Shown piece by piece: positions 48,974-59,027 of a DNA stretch of 64,000 nucleotides; the stretch's first letter is position 1; each line of letters begins with the position of its first letter. The DNA is from Planctomycetota bacterium (GTDB taxonomy: Bacteria > Planctomycetota > UBA8108 > UBA1146), in contig JAYZBV010000065.1 of assembly GCA_036338595.1 (NCBI GenBank), positions 17,502 through 81,501 of the forward strand. Reading direction: 5' to 3'. The notes beneath the pieces are model-generated. The model was not told where the DNA came from. It did no database searches and saw nothing but the letters and a program-made list of their open reading frames with translations. The position numbers and the translations under genes are program-made.

Positions 48974-50175
48974 GATGGCTTACCTTCATAGTGGCGCAGG
49001 ACTTCAACGAGTTGGGTCGTCGAGAGCAGCCCCATCTGCACCATGCAAAGGCCCATCATCTTTCGGCCTCGACCCTCTTTTTCCAGCCGCTCCTGTTCCG
49101 CCAGCACACAATTCACATCGTCGCGGGTGACAAAACCGAGTTGGACGGCCAGATCTCCGAAGCGAGTGCCGCCCTCACCGAGGGGAGTCATCTCACTGCT
49201 GTAGCCTGTCGGATGGGTTCGATGCCAGCGCCATGCAGTTTCCATGATCATCGACATCTCGCTGTGTTCAGGAGTCCAACCAAGGAGTTTTTTCGCCTTC
49301 TCATTGGAAGCGAGCAAGGTGGCTGGATCTCCATCTCTACGCCCTTCTTCCACGACATGAAAATCGATCCCCGTGATTTCCTTCGCGGCTTCCACCACAT
49401 CGCGCACAGACGCACCCGCAGAAGATCCAAGGTTGATCGATTCGCCCGCGACCGTATCTATCCGTTCGAGAGCCAAGAGGTGCGCTCGAGCGATGTCGGT
49501 GACATGCACGAAATCACGCACACAGGAGCCATCCGGGGTATCCCAATCAGTACCGAAAATGATGAACTGCTCTCGGCTTCCCAGCGCACATTGCAAGAGC
49601 AACGGGATCAGGTGCCCTTCCTCTGCATGGTCCTCACCTACCAATCCAGAAGGATCGGCTCCGGCAGCATTGAAATACCGGAGGCACACGTGTTTCAGCG
49701 CGTGACGCTGGGAGATGGCGGTCAGTGATTCTTCCACCAATCGCTTCGAATCACCGTACGGATTGACAGGACGCAACGGGTGCGTCTCCGTAATCGGAGT
49801 CTCCTCAGGATCGCCGTAGACCGCCGCCGTGGAGGAGTGAATCAGTACGGGTACCTCTGCCAGCAGCATTGCATCCACGAGATTCAAGGTGCCTGCCAGA
49901 TTGTTGTGGTAGTAGGCCGCAGGGATCTGGACCGATTCAGGTACGCTGCAGGAAGCTGCCAGGTTGAAGACCGCATCGAACTGATTCGTCTCGAATGCGG
50001 ACCGAAGAGTCTTCCTGTCGTGAGTACTTCCCTCGATCAACTCCACATCCGAGATCGCTTCCCTGTGACCTTCCCTCAGGTCGTCGAGGACGACCACCTC
50101 GTGACCTGCTCGGAGGCTTTCGAGAACACAATGACTGCCGATATATCCGGCGCCCCCCACGACCAATATCCTCAT
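48970..50175 (-). CDS. galE: UDP-glucose 4-epimerase with C-terminal MshEN-like extension
   Basis: GGAGYIGSH, SSTAAVYG, YGDSK (YxxxK), LRYFNAAGA, DGSCVRDFVHV, AWRW, then about 70 extra aa. Confidence 0.93.
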   Translation of the reverse strand: MRILVVGGAGYIGSHCVLESLRAGHEVVVLDDLREGHREAISDVELIEGSTHDRKTLRSAFETNQFDAVFNLAASCSVPESVQIPAAYYHNNLAGTLNLVDAMLLAEVPVLIHSSTAAVYGDPEETPITETHPLRPVNPYGDSKRLVEESLTAISQRHALKHVCLRYFNAAGADPSGLVGEDHAEEGHLIPLLLQCALGSREQFIIFGTDWDTPDGSCVRDFVHVTDIARAHLLALERIDTVAGESINLGSSAGASVRDVVEAAKEITGIDFHVVEEGRRDGDPATLLASNEKAKKLLGWTPEHSEMSMIMETAWRWHRTHPTGYSSEMTPLGEGGTRFGDLAVQLGFVTRDDVNCVLAEQERLEKEGRGRKMMGLCMVQMGLLSTTQLVEVLRHYEGKPS

Positions 50176-50292
50176 CCGGTGGCTCCCTCCAGCCTCAGGT
50201 GAACAGGGCAGATTCTACTCTCTTTCCTGCAGGAAGTCGCCCTACGCAGCGGATGTTACAGTAGGATTCAGTCCAGTAGAAATCGAGAGGAA

Positions 50293-51021
50293 GTGACACG
50301 GATGGCTCGCAAAGATCGAAGCAACGACACCCCCCGTTCCATCGAGGTACTCACTGGAGTCATCTCCGGGATTGAATCCAGTGTTCAATATCGGTGCGGC
50401 AACACCAGTATCTTGTGTGTTTCATCGCTTGAGGAAGGCACACCGAAGTGGAACACCAATCCTTCAGGTTGGGCCACTGCTGATTACCAGATGATGCCCT
50501 ACAGCGTCACCCCAAGGCTGGACAGGATCAGTCACAGGAGTCCCGATGGGCGCGCCACCGAGATCAAACGTCTGCTCGGTAGATCACTGCGCGCTGGGCT
50601 GGATCTCTCACTGATGCCTGGCTACACCATCCGAGTCGATTGCGATGTGCTGCACGCAGATGGCGGTACCCGGACCGCCTCCATCAATGCCGCTGCGGTG
50701 TCGGTGAGCCTGCTGATCCAGCAGCACCTCTCCAGCGGAATCCTCGCCACGGACCCGCGCCGTGCGCTCATCCTCGGCATGAGTGCCGGAATCCTGGGCC
50801 AGGATTTGCTCGTCGACCTCGATTATCAGGAGGATAGCAGTGCCTCCCTCGACCTGAACCTCATCGGCACCTCGACCGGGGAGGTGGTGGAGGTCGTCGG
50901 CGGGTGCGAAAAAGGTCCCGTTGCCATGGAAACGATGCAAAGCGTCATCGACGCTGCCCGGGGCGGAATCCTGCAGGTCTCCCAGATGCTCGATGAGCAC
51001 CTGGTGGCGATGAGCCCCTGA
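50293..51021 (+). CDS. rph: Ribonuclease PH
   Basis: GWATADYQMMP, GRATEIKRLLGRSLRA, DCDVLHADGGTRTASIN, DLDYQEDS; start 50293 or 50302. Confidence 0.9.
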   Translation: MTRMARKDRSNDTPRSIEVLTGVISGIESSVQYRCGNTSILCVSSLEEGTPKWNTNPSGWATADYQMMPYSVTPRLDRISHRSPDGRATEIKRLLGRSLRAGLDLSLMPGYTIRVDCDVLHADGGTRTASINAAAVSVSLLIQQHLSSGILATDPRRALILGMSAGILGQDLLVDLDYQEDSSASLDLNLIGTSTGEVVEVVGGCEKGPVAMETMQSVIDAARGGILQVSQMLDEHLVAMSP

Positions 51022-51190
51022 ATCACCTCGAGATCTCCCGGAAGGCCCGGTGGCACCCACTGCGCCTGCCGGAGCAGCGCCAGATGTCGCGTTTCGGGTC
51101 TCCTTGCGCATCCCATGCCGCTTTCGTAGCATCCTGCACAGGCCCGCTTCCTCAGGGGACACCGCCCCGCATCGAAACTCGGAGAATCGT

Positions 51191-51832
51191 GTGACCGCCC
51201 CCCAAGACCGCACCCTCCTCATCGCCTCGGGGAACCAGCACAAGCACGATGAATTTCGCCGTGCCTTCCCTGCCGAGATCGCTCGGCTGGTGGTGCCCTC
51301 CGAACTGGAAGCGACGGTCGGATCGGCCGCTCCTGATCCCACCGAAGATGGAGATTCCCTGCTCGAAAATGCAGTCCTCAAGGCTCGAGCGTTTTCGCGC
51401 TGGAGTGGTCTCATGGCACTCGCCGACGATACCGGCTTGATGGTAGATGCACTCGACGGCGCTCCCGGAGTACTCTCTGCTCGCTGGGCAGGTGAGGGGG
51501 CCTCCTTCGAGGACAATGTCACCAGAGTGATGGAGCAGCTGGATGGTGTTCCTCGCCAGCGTCGGGGGGCGGAATTCCGCTGCGTTTTGGCGCTCTGCGA
51601 CGGCGATCAGGTCATCCTGACAGTGGAGGAGAGGTGCAGCGGCACGATCACTGAGATCAGCCGTGGCGTCGATGGCTTTGGCTACGATCCGATCTTCCTT
51701 CCCGAGGGCGAATCACGCACTTTTGCTGAACTGGAACCATCCGAGAAGGATGCCATCAGCCACCGTGGACGCGCCTTGCGACGATTCAGCGATCTGTATC
51801 AGCAACTCGACACCACCGGAGGCCCGAGGTGA
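51191..51832 (+). CDS. rdgB: Non-canonical purine NTP pyrophosphatase (RdgB/HAM1)
   Basis: ASGNQHK--E, ENA-LKA, ADDTGL-VDAL-GAPGV-SAR, GFGYDPIF, ISHRGRAL. Confidence 0.93.
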   Translation: MTAPQDRTLLIASGNQHKHDEFRRAFPAEIARLVVPSELEATVGSAAPDPTEDGDSLLENAVLKARAFSRWSGLMALADDTGLMVDALDGAPGVLSARWAGEGASFEDNVTRVMEQLDGVPRQRRGAEFRCVLALCDGDQVILTVEERCSGTITEISRGVDGFGYDPIFLPEGESRTFAELEPSEKDAISHRGRALRRFSDLYQQLDTTGGPR

Positions 51833-53649
51833 GTTTTCCCACCCATCGCATCCGGAACTTTTCCATCGTGGCCCACATCGACCACGGAAAATCAACGCTT
51901 GCAGATCGGCTGATGCTGATCACGGCTACCATCTCGGAGCGAGAATTCCGGAACCAGATGCTCGACGATATGGAACTGGAGCAGGAACGCGGCATCACCA
52001 TCAAGGCCAAGACGGTCCGAATGGAGTACGAGGCAGAAGATGGGAATAGATACCAACTGAACCTGATCGACACCCCGGGTCATGTCGACTTCGGATACGA
52101 AGTATCCCGCAGTCTGGCTGCATGCGAAGGTGCGCTGCTGATCGTGGATGCCGCCCAGGGAGTAGAAGCTCAAACTGTCGCAAATGCATTTCTGGCAATA
52201 GAAGGCAACCTCGAGATCATACCCGTCATGAACAAGATCGATCTCAACACCGCCCGACCGGATGAGGTTGACGAGGAGATGGCTCAGACCTTTGGCTTCA
52301 AGCCGAGCGAATCGATCCGCTGCTCGGCAAAGACAGGCGAAGGAGTCAGCGAAGTACTCGAAGCGATCACTACCTTTGTTCCGGCACCTTCCGGCCAGCG
52401 CGACAAGCCTCTTCAAGCACTCATCTTTGATTCACATTACGACGAGTTCAGAGGCGTCATCATCTATGTTTGCATAAAGCAGGGGACACTGAAGCAAGGT
52501 GAAGACATCATCCTGATGTCGACAGGGCGTAAATACAATGTGGATGAAGTCGGAGTATTCAACCCAGCAAGAAAGGCGACCGGGATCCTGGAATCGGGCG
52601 AGGTGGGCTACTTTTTTGCCAGCATCAAGACGGTTCACGATGTCCGCATCGGCGATACCGTGACAACTCGCTTGAACCCATCCAGGGAGAGGCTCCCCGG
52701 CTTCAAGAACCCCAACCCGATGGTCTTCTGCGGTACCTATCCTGCGGACAGTGGCGAGTACGAGGACCTCCGTACTGCTCTCGACAAGTTGTGGCTCAAC
52801 GATCCGTCTTTCACCTTCGTTCCAGAATCTTCGGATGCTCTCGGATTCGGGTTTCGCTGCGGATTCCTCGGGCTTCTCCACATGGAGATCGTGCAAGAAC
52901 GACTCGAGAGAGAATCCGGCATCTCAGTGGTTCAGACCGCCCCCACCGTTACCTATGAGATCCAGATGAAAGACGAATCGGTTCACCTCATCGACAGCCC
53001 CAGCCAGTTGCCAGAAGTGATGCTGATCGAGGAGATCCGGGAACCCATCGTCGATGCCCACATCATCGTGCCTACAGAATTCATCGGTGCAGTGATGAAA
53101 TTGATGGATGAGAAGCGTGGCGAGTGGAAAAAAACAGACTACCTGTCACCGACCAGAGTTCAGATGAGTTACGAAGCGCCACTTGCAGAGATCATCTCTG
53201 ACTTTTACGACAAACTGAAATCCTCGACTCGAGGCTACGGGACTCTGGATTACACCTTCTGCAAGTATCGCAAGGATTCGCTGGTGAGGCTAAACATCCT
53301 CGTCAACGGAGAATCCGTGGATGCACTCAGTGTCATCATTCACAAGGGAGTCGCCGAGCGTAAGGGACGGCTACTGCTCAAGAAGTTGAAAAAGGTCATC
53401 CCGCGCCATATGTTTCAGGTTCCCCTTCAGGCTTCCATCGGGGGCAAAATCATCGCCAGAGAGACCATCCGCGCCCTGATGAAGAATGTCACCGCGAAGT
53501 GTTACGGTGGTGACATCTCCCGGAAGAGAAAATTGCTCGAGAAGCAGAAAGAAGGGAAGAAACGGATGAAGCAGGTGGGGAGCGTTGCGATTCCCCAGGA
53601 CGCGTTCATGGCTATACTTCGCCTGGACGAAGAGGAGACGAAGAAATGA
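51829..53649 (+). CDS. lepA: Translation elongation factor 4 (LepA)
   Basis: IRNFSIVAHIDHGKSTLADR, DTPGHVDF, GFRCGFLGLLH, KCYGGDISRKRKLLEKQK-GKKRMK. Confidence 0.97.
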   Translation: MSFPTHRIRNFSIVAHIDHGKSTLADRLMLITATISEREFRNQMLDDMELEQERGITIKAKTVRMEYEAEDGNRYQLNLIDTPGHVDFGYEVSRSLAACEGALLIVDAAQGVEAQTVANAFLAIEGNLEIIPVMNKIDLNTARPDEVDEEMAQTFGFKPSESIRCSAKTGEGVSEVLEAITTFVPAPSGQRDKPLQALIFDSHYDEFRGVIIYVCIKQGTLKQGEDIILMSTGRKYNVDEVGVFNPARKATGILESGEVGYFFASIKTVHDVRIGDTVTTRLNPSRERLPGFKNPNPMVFCGTYPADSGEYEDLRTALDKLWLNDPSFTFVPESSDALGFGFRCGFLGLLHMEIVQERLERESGISVVQTAPTVTYEIQMKDESVHLIDSPSQLPEVMLIEEIREPIVDAHIIVPTEFIGAVMKLMDEKRGEWKKTDYLSPTRVQMSYEAPLAEIISDFYDKLKSSTRGYGTLDYTFCKYRKDSLVRLNILVNGESVDALSVIIHKGVAERKGRLLLKKLKKVIPRHMFQVPLQASIGGKIIARETIRALMKNVTAKCYGGDISRKRKLLEKQKEGKKRMKQVGSVAIPQDAFMAILRLDEEETKK

Positions 53650-55109
53650 ACTGGCGATCCTTCAGGGAAAATGTCGAGGCTCTCACGGTGGCAGTGCTGC
53701 TGGCACTGGTGATTCGACATTTCTTCGTCGGGTCGTACGAAATCCCCACGGGATCGATGGCTGCAGGTCTCAATGGTCTCCATATCACCGTCAACTGCCC
53801 CAACTGCACAACAGCCAACCATGTCGGGGTCAGTAGCAACAGTCTCACCAACAGGGTGGAACTGTCTTCAAAACTGGAGATCTATCAGGGTGTCTGTCCG
53901 AAGCGAGAAATTCCCATCAAGATAGCCACGATGGGTGCCGAAAGGATCTCCTGTCCTGCTTGCAAGGAGGCGCACCCGACCGCTGGCAAGACGCACTGGG
54001 GAAGAGCCTCAACGATGCGAGCCTGGTGCAAGGAGTGCACCTTGATTTTCCCGATCGTTGTCGAACTATCAGACATCCTTGGCGGCAACAAGATTCTGGT
54101 CGACAAGTTCGCCTACGACTGGCAGCAGCCAAAGCGCTGGGATGTTGTCGTGTTCAAGTTCAATCGCGAGAGGGACTACATCAAACGGCTCGTTGGATTG
54201 CCAGGGGAACAGATCCAGATCAAGAACGGCGACATCTGGATCGATGGCAACATCGAGGCCAAGACTGTCGAGGCGCAGGATCGCTTCTGGACCGTTGTTC
54301 ACGACAGTTCCATCGAGGAAGCGGGCCTGGTTGAATCTCCATGGCAATCCACTCCCGGCTGGGTCCGCAATGGAAGTGGTTGGGATTACAACTTGATCAA
54401 GGATGAGGGTTCTCTTCGCTACATCAGGGGAATCGAGAATCGCTACAACTACAACGCTATCAAACCCGCCGGAGCCAGGATTGGATCGGTGAGGGATCTG
54501 TCAGTAAAGGCAACCCTGAGTGCGTCCAAAGCACGTGAAGAGTCCGATTCACGTCTCGACATTTCCATCTGGAACCACCCGGCCGAATACCGCTGCTCCT
54601 TCCCCATCGGCAGTGGATCCACCCAACTGCTGTTGATCCGCCCCGATTCAGAGCCCCTGCTGGTGGGCGAGTTACCCGATGTCGTCCTGCAGCCTGGAAG
54701 AGAATACCGGATCGATTTCCAGGTCGTGGACCGATCGATCCGGCTCTTCATCGAAGATGAGCTGGTGGTCAATATCCCCCTCCCGGATTCCGAACTGGAT
54801 TCAGGAATGCGAGGCGGCGGTCGCGGCCAACCTGCCAGCGGAGTGTCATTCTTCGCACTCAACTGCGGCGGAAAATTGCAGCATTTCCAATTGCGCCGCG
54901 ACCAGCACTGGACTCGAGCCTCCAGGTATGCGACATCCGAGCCGTACCAGATCGCGGACCATCGTTTCTTTGTGCTGGGAGACAATAGCCCCAGCAGTCT
55001 CGATTCACGTTGGTGGGGTTCCTTCGGTCGCTCAAACCTGATCGGGAGAGGCTTCTCCATCTTCTGGCCCGCCCTACCGGGGCGCAACGAGACGGGATTC
55101 ATCCGATGA
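53646..55109 (+). CDS. lepB: Signal peptidase I with Cys-rich and beta-rich inserts
   Basis: IPTGSM (catalytic Ser), KRWDVVVFK, YIKRLVGLPGE (catalytic Lys), FVLGDN---S-DSR-WG. Confidence 0.9.
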   Translation: MNWRSFRENVEALTVAVLLALVIRHFFVGSYEIPTGSMAAGLNGLHITVNCPNCTTANHVGVSSNSLTNRVELSSKLEIYQGVCPKREIPIKIATMGAERISCPACKEAHPTAGKTHWGRASTMRAWCKECTLIFPIVVELSDILGGNKILVDKFAYDWQQPKRWDVVVFKFNRERDYIKRLVGLPGEQIQIKNGDIWIDGNIEAKTVEAQDRFWTVVHDSSIEEAGLVESPWQSTPGWVRNGSGWDYNLIKDEGSLRYIRGIENRYNYNAIKPAGARIGSVRDLSVKATLSASKAREESDSRLDISIWNHPAEYRCSFPIGSGSTQLLLIRPDSEPLLVGELPDVVLQPGREYRIDFQVVDRSIRLFIEDELVVNIPLPDSELDSGMRGGGRGQPASGVSFFALNCGGKLQHFQLRRDQHWTRASRYATSEPYQIADHRFFVLGDNSPSSLDSRWWGSFGRSNLIGRGFSIFWPALPGRNETGFIR

Positions 55110-55825
55110 TTCTCACCGTCAGAAATCTGAGCAAGTCCTACAACAATCACCGCGTTGTCGACAGGGTCTCATTCGATGTTCCCCCTGGATCGGTGATCGG
55201 GCTGCTGGGAAAAAATGGCGCCGGAAAAACCACTACATTCAGGATGACGATGGGATTGATCCGCTCCGATCAGGGGCAGGTCTTCTTCAACGGTGAAGAG
55301 ATCAGCAATCTGCCGATGTACCAGCGTGCTCGGCGAGGCATGGGCTACTTGCCCCAGGACACTTCGGTCTTCCGAGGCCTGACCGTTCGCCAGAATCTGA
55401 TCGCCATCCTCGAGACTCGCCCACTCAGTGAGCCGGAGCGAAATGTTCGCCTCGGTGAACTGATCGAGGAATTCGGGCTCTCTCGGGTAGCAGAAAGCCG
55501 GGCCGAATTCCTCTCGGGAGGAGAGAAACGACGGCTGGAGGTCGCCAGAGCGCTGGTGTCTGAGCCCGATCTGATCCTTCTCGATGAACCCTTCAGTGGC
55601 GTTGACCCCATCGCAGTCGCCGACCTCCAGAAGATGATCAGAACCCTGTCGGAGCGAGGGATCGGTGTCCTGCTGACCGACCATAACGTGCGGGAAACGC
55701 TCAGCGTTTGCGACCGCTCCTTCATCATCTATGACGGCAGGATCATCGCACAGGGGGATCAGGATCAGATCCTCCAGGATGCAGACGCCCGCAGGTACTA
55801 CCTGGGCGAACAGTTCTCGATGTGA
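55106..55825 (+). CDS. lptB: LPS export ABC transporter ATP-binding protein
   Basis: GLLGKNGAGKTTTF, LPMYQRARRGMGYLPQ, LSGGEKRRLE, LLDEPFSGVDP, TDHNVRETL, YYLGEQF. Confidence 0.93.
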   Translation: MILTVRNLSKSYNNHRVVDRVSFDVPPGSVIGLLGKNGAGKTTTFRMTMGLIRSDQGQVFFNGEEISNLPMYQRARRGMGYLPQDTSVFRGLTVRQNLIAILETRPLSEPERNVRLGELIEEFGLSRVAESRAEFLSGGEKRRLEVARALVSEPDLILLDEPFSGVDPIAVADLQKMIRTLSERGIGVLLTDHNVRETLSVCDRSFIIYDGRIIAQGDQDQILQDADARRYYLGEQFSM

Positions 55826-56274
55826 CTGAATATGGGGCAACTTTGAAGCAACAACCTTTTTTGACACGGCTCATCGCAGGCTGGCTCATCCCGGGTTCGG
55901 GCCACATTCTCAGCAACCAGAAGCGCACCGGGTGGCTGCTGCTGCTGCTCGTCAACTCGATGTGGCTCTCGGGGATGCTGCTTTGCGATTACGAGGCAGC
56001 GTCGAGACTATTCCATCCCTGGCTCTTCTGGGCAGGTGCGGGATGTGGCGCATCGGTGATCGTTTCCTACCTTGACCCTGCCGCAGATCTCGCGCTACGA
56101 GGCCTCGCCAGTATTCAGCAATATCAAGATGTTCCGCGCTGGAGTGACACCGGCGTACTGCTCGTCTATGTCGCAGGGCTGCTCAATATTCTGTGCTTGC
56201 TAGATCTTCTCGATTCCAGGTTTGATCGGACCAGGAGAGCAGCAGCCCTCGGTCAGGTGAAGGAGGAGGCGTGA
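55822..56274 (+). CDS. Membrane protein (DUF6677-like)
   Basis: WLIPGSGH N-terminal motif, AGLLNIL---D C-terminal motif, TM helices. Confidence 0.65.
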   Translation: MTEYGATLKQQPFLTRLIAGWLIPGSGHILSNQKRTGWLLLLLVNSMWLSGMLLCDYEAASRLFHPWLFWAGAGCGASVIVSYLDPAADLALRGLASIQQYQDVPRWSDTGVLLVYVAGLLNILCLLDLLDSRFDRTRRAAALGQVKEEA

Positions 56275-56459
56275 GTGAACTGGTCGTCTTTCTGGTGCTG
56301 ACAGCCTTCATCTCCGTTGTTCATGTGTCAGTCACCCGCACAGCAGACAGGAAGGACGGGCTTCACAGGGAGGCCAGACGCTATTTCCTCAGTGCTGCAG
56401 GAGGAATGCTACTTCTGGGTCTGATCATCGAAGCGATCGCTCAACTCTTCCAGTATTGA
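56271..56459 (+). CDS. Small two-TM hypothetical protein
   Basis: GGAGG RBS, GTGA overlap with upstream gene, two hydrophobic helices. Confidence 0.6.
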   Translation: MSELVVFLVLTAFISVVHVSVTRTADRKDGLHREARRYFLSAAGGMLLLGLIIEAIAQLFQY

Positions 56460-56486
56460 GGCGAGTTCGGTATCCTGTCCGATGGT

Positions 56487-56864
56487 GAGCGGGTGTAGCG
56501 GTCGCGGCATGGTCCATCCATGACGAGGAAAGTCCGAGCTCCGCAGGGCAGGGTGGTGGCTAACGCCCACCGGGAGCGATCCCAGGGAAAGTGCCACAGA
56601 AAATATACCGCCGGAGATCCTCGGATCCCCGGTAAGGGTGAAATGGTGAGGTAAGAGCTCACCGCGGGGGCGGTGACGTCCCTGGCAGGGTAAACCCCAC
56701 CCGGAGAAAGGCCAAACAGAGGCAAAGGAGCGGTCCGCTCCGTTCCCGGTTCGCCGGGAGAATGCCCGGGTAGGCCGTTCGAGTCGTCCGGCAACGGGCA
56801 ACCTAGAGGAATGACCGCACATCGATCTCGTATCGGTGAACAGGACTCGGCTTACAGCCCGCTC
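56487..56864 (+). ncRNA. rnpB: RNase P RNA (type A)
   Basis: GAGGAAAGTCCGAGCT, AGTGCCACAGAAA, GGGTGAAA, GGTAAGAGC, GGTAAACCCC, ACAGGACTCGGCTTA; ends pair (GAGCGGG/CCCGCTC). Confidence 0.95.
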
Positions 56865-57011
56865 ACCACTTTTCTTGACTCTCTGGATAATTTCCTTTCC
56901 ACACGAGCGCCCCTATAAACGCGACTGATATGCGATGAATCAAATACACGACCATCTGCTACAATAACTAATTGGGTAGTTTTCTTGGCGTTGTCTTTAT
57001 CGAGGTGTCCC

Positions 57012-58910
57012 ATGAGGTGGAACAGATCGAAGTCATCCATTGCCGTCTTGCTATTTGTCTTTTCCGCAAATTTCGTTGTTGCCCAGGTTGCGCCTTTCAC
57101 TGAAGAAGCGGTGGCCCGTGGACTCACCCATTTTACCTACTCCTCTCCCTCCTTTGGTTACGGGCTGGGACTTGATGATCTGGACGGGGATGGAGATCCG
57201 GATCTCATCGCTACAGGCAAAAACCTAGGTCAGATTGCAGTCTACGAAAACATCGGCTCGGCCCAGTTCGTCGAGAGAACGGCAACCAGTAACCTCCCCT
57301 ACCACGTGCGATACAACGCCGTCTCGCTAGTAGACTATGACGGGGATGGAGATCTCGACGTTTTTGTGGCTGGATATCAGATCCCTGACCTCATGCTCCG
57401 AAATGAAGGGAACTTCATCTTTACAGACGTGACTGAGGAAGTTGGCTTCGGGGATGAAGGAAAAGCAATAGGAGCTACCTGGATTGACCAGGATGGGGAT
57501 GGCTGGCTAGACATGTATCTATCCAATTACAATTTCACCGGAAGCTCGGGCGGAGCGTTCCCCAACCGATTTTACAAAAATATGGGAGGTAATACCTTCT
57601 CCGAAATCGCAGACGAACTTGGCATAGCTGACCTGCACCTGTCCTTTCAAGCTGTCTTCTTTGACCCTGATCGAGATGGTGATCACGATCTCTATGTTTC
57701 TAATGACAAGGGCTTCACTGATCCAGCCACACACTACAATCGATTCTGGCTCGCCGAATCCGGTCTTTTTGAGGACGTTGGGGAGATTTCAGGGGCTCAA
57801 ATTTCGATAGACTCGATGGGGATCGACATCGGAGACCTCGACCAAGATGGGCAATTCGATATCTATTGCACCAACAGTCCACAAGTCGGCAATCAGGGAG
57901 AAAATGTTCTCCTGTGTGGCAACGGTGATCTAACCTTCATTGACCGTTCCACTGAAGCCCAGGTCGAAGCCAGTGGTGTCTGTTGGGGAGCCTGTTTCCT
58001 CGATTTTGATAACGACGGTTTTGAGGAACTGTACGTTACCGCCAGCAACGCTCAAAATCGGTTGTACAATTGTGACGGTCTTTTTCCCTGTGAAGACATA
58101 GCTCCCATTCTGGACTTGGCTTTCTCGTCCACCTCTACTTCTCAATTTTCCGCCTCTTTTTGCATCGCAAAAGCAGACTTGGATCTGGACGGTGATCTTG
58201 ATCTCATCACCCAAAGCAAGAATGAGAATCTGGCGTTATACATCAACCACGAAGGCGACTACCGTAACTCATTACGTTTAAAACTAAAGGGTAACTATCC
58301 AAACACAAACGCCATAGGATCGTTGGTTCGGATAACTACTCAATCTGGTTCGCAATGGCGTGAGGTTAGGAGTGGAGACCTCTACAAATCGTCATCGGAA
58401 ACGGCCATAACCGTGGGATTATCTGATCATGAAGAGGCCCAGGAGATCCTCATTCGCTGGCCGAATGGTAAACTTTCATTCCTCGAAGATGTGGCTGCTG
58501 GATCATTCACTCTCGCCGACCAAAACACCTTGGAGTCATTCTCGGATTGCAATCGCAACCTTATCCCCGATCTCGAAGATATCGTCCAAGATCCAGGCCT
58601 CGACTCAGATAACAATGGCATTATTGATGTCTGTACATTGTTCCTTAGAGGAGACGGAAATAACGATCAACTTCTGGATGTTGCTGATGCTATCACATCT
58701 CTCGATGCTCTATTTGGTCAAGTGACAGTACCCTGCGAGATGGCTCTAGACTGCAACGACGACTCACTTTTAAACATCGCAGATCCTATCTACCTGCTCG
58801 GCCACCTCTTCTCCGGAGGACCCCATCCACCGGCACCGAACAGCACCTGTGGAACAGATCCCACCAGCCCTGGCGCATTACCCTGCACTTCCTTGCCTGC
58901 CTGCCCCTGA
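57012..58910 (+). CDS. Secreted CRTAC1/ASPIC-UnbV family protein (FG-GAP repeats) with dockerin-like C-terminus
   Basis: Signal peptide, repeated DxDGDGDxD motifs, N--AIG--V ASPIC/UnbV region with IRWPNG, C-terminal FLRGDGNND--LD-AD...DCNDD--LNIAD. Confidence 0.85.
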   Translation: MRWNRSKSSIAVLLFVFSANFVVAQVAPFTEEAVARGLTHFTYSSPSFGYGLGLDDLDGDGDPDLIATGKNLGQIAVYENIGSAQFVERTATSNLPYHVRYNAVSLVDYDGDGDLDVFVAGYQIPDLMLRNEGNFIFTDVTEEVGFGDEGKAIGATWIDQDGDGWLDMYLSNYNFTGSSGGAFPNRFYKNMGGNTFSEIADELGIADLHLSFQAVFFDPDRDGDHDLYVSNDKGFTDPATHYNRFWLAESGLFEDVGEISGAQISIDSMGIDIGDLDQDGQFDIYCTNSPQVGNQGENVLLCGNGDLTFIDRSTEAQVEASGVCWGACFLDFDNDGFEELYVTASNAQNRLYNCDGLFPCEDIAPILDLAFSSTSTSQFSASFCIAKADLDLDGDLDLITQSKNENLALYINHEGDYRNSLRLKLKGNYPNTNAIGSLVRITTQSGSQWREVRSGDLYKSSSETAITVGLSDHEEAQEILIRWPNGKLSFLEDVAAGSFTLADQNTLESFSDCNRNLIPDLEDIVQDPGLDSDNNGIIDVCTLFLRGDGNNDQLLDVADAITSLDALFGQVTVPCEMALDCNDDSLLNIADPIYLLGHLFSGGPHPPAPNSTCGTDPTSPGALPCTSLPACP

Positions 58911-59027
58911 GAAGAACTGTCAACCTTCCGAGATCTTCTGCGCTTGACTGCCCGATTCAATTGGGCATCATCTCGCCCAGCACTGAACCAATAGACACCC
59001 ACAGATTGATTTAGGGAGAACAGGACG

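Noticed and set aside
58944..58971. TTGACT-N16-CATCAT overlapping a TGCCC/GGGCA hairpin
   Set aside because: Ambiguous between promoter, operator and terminator; too weak to call
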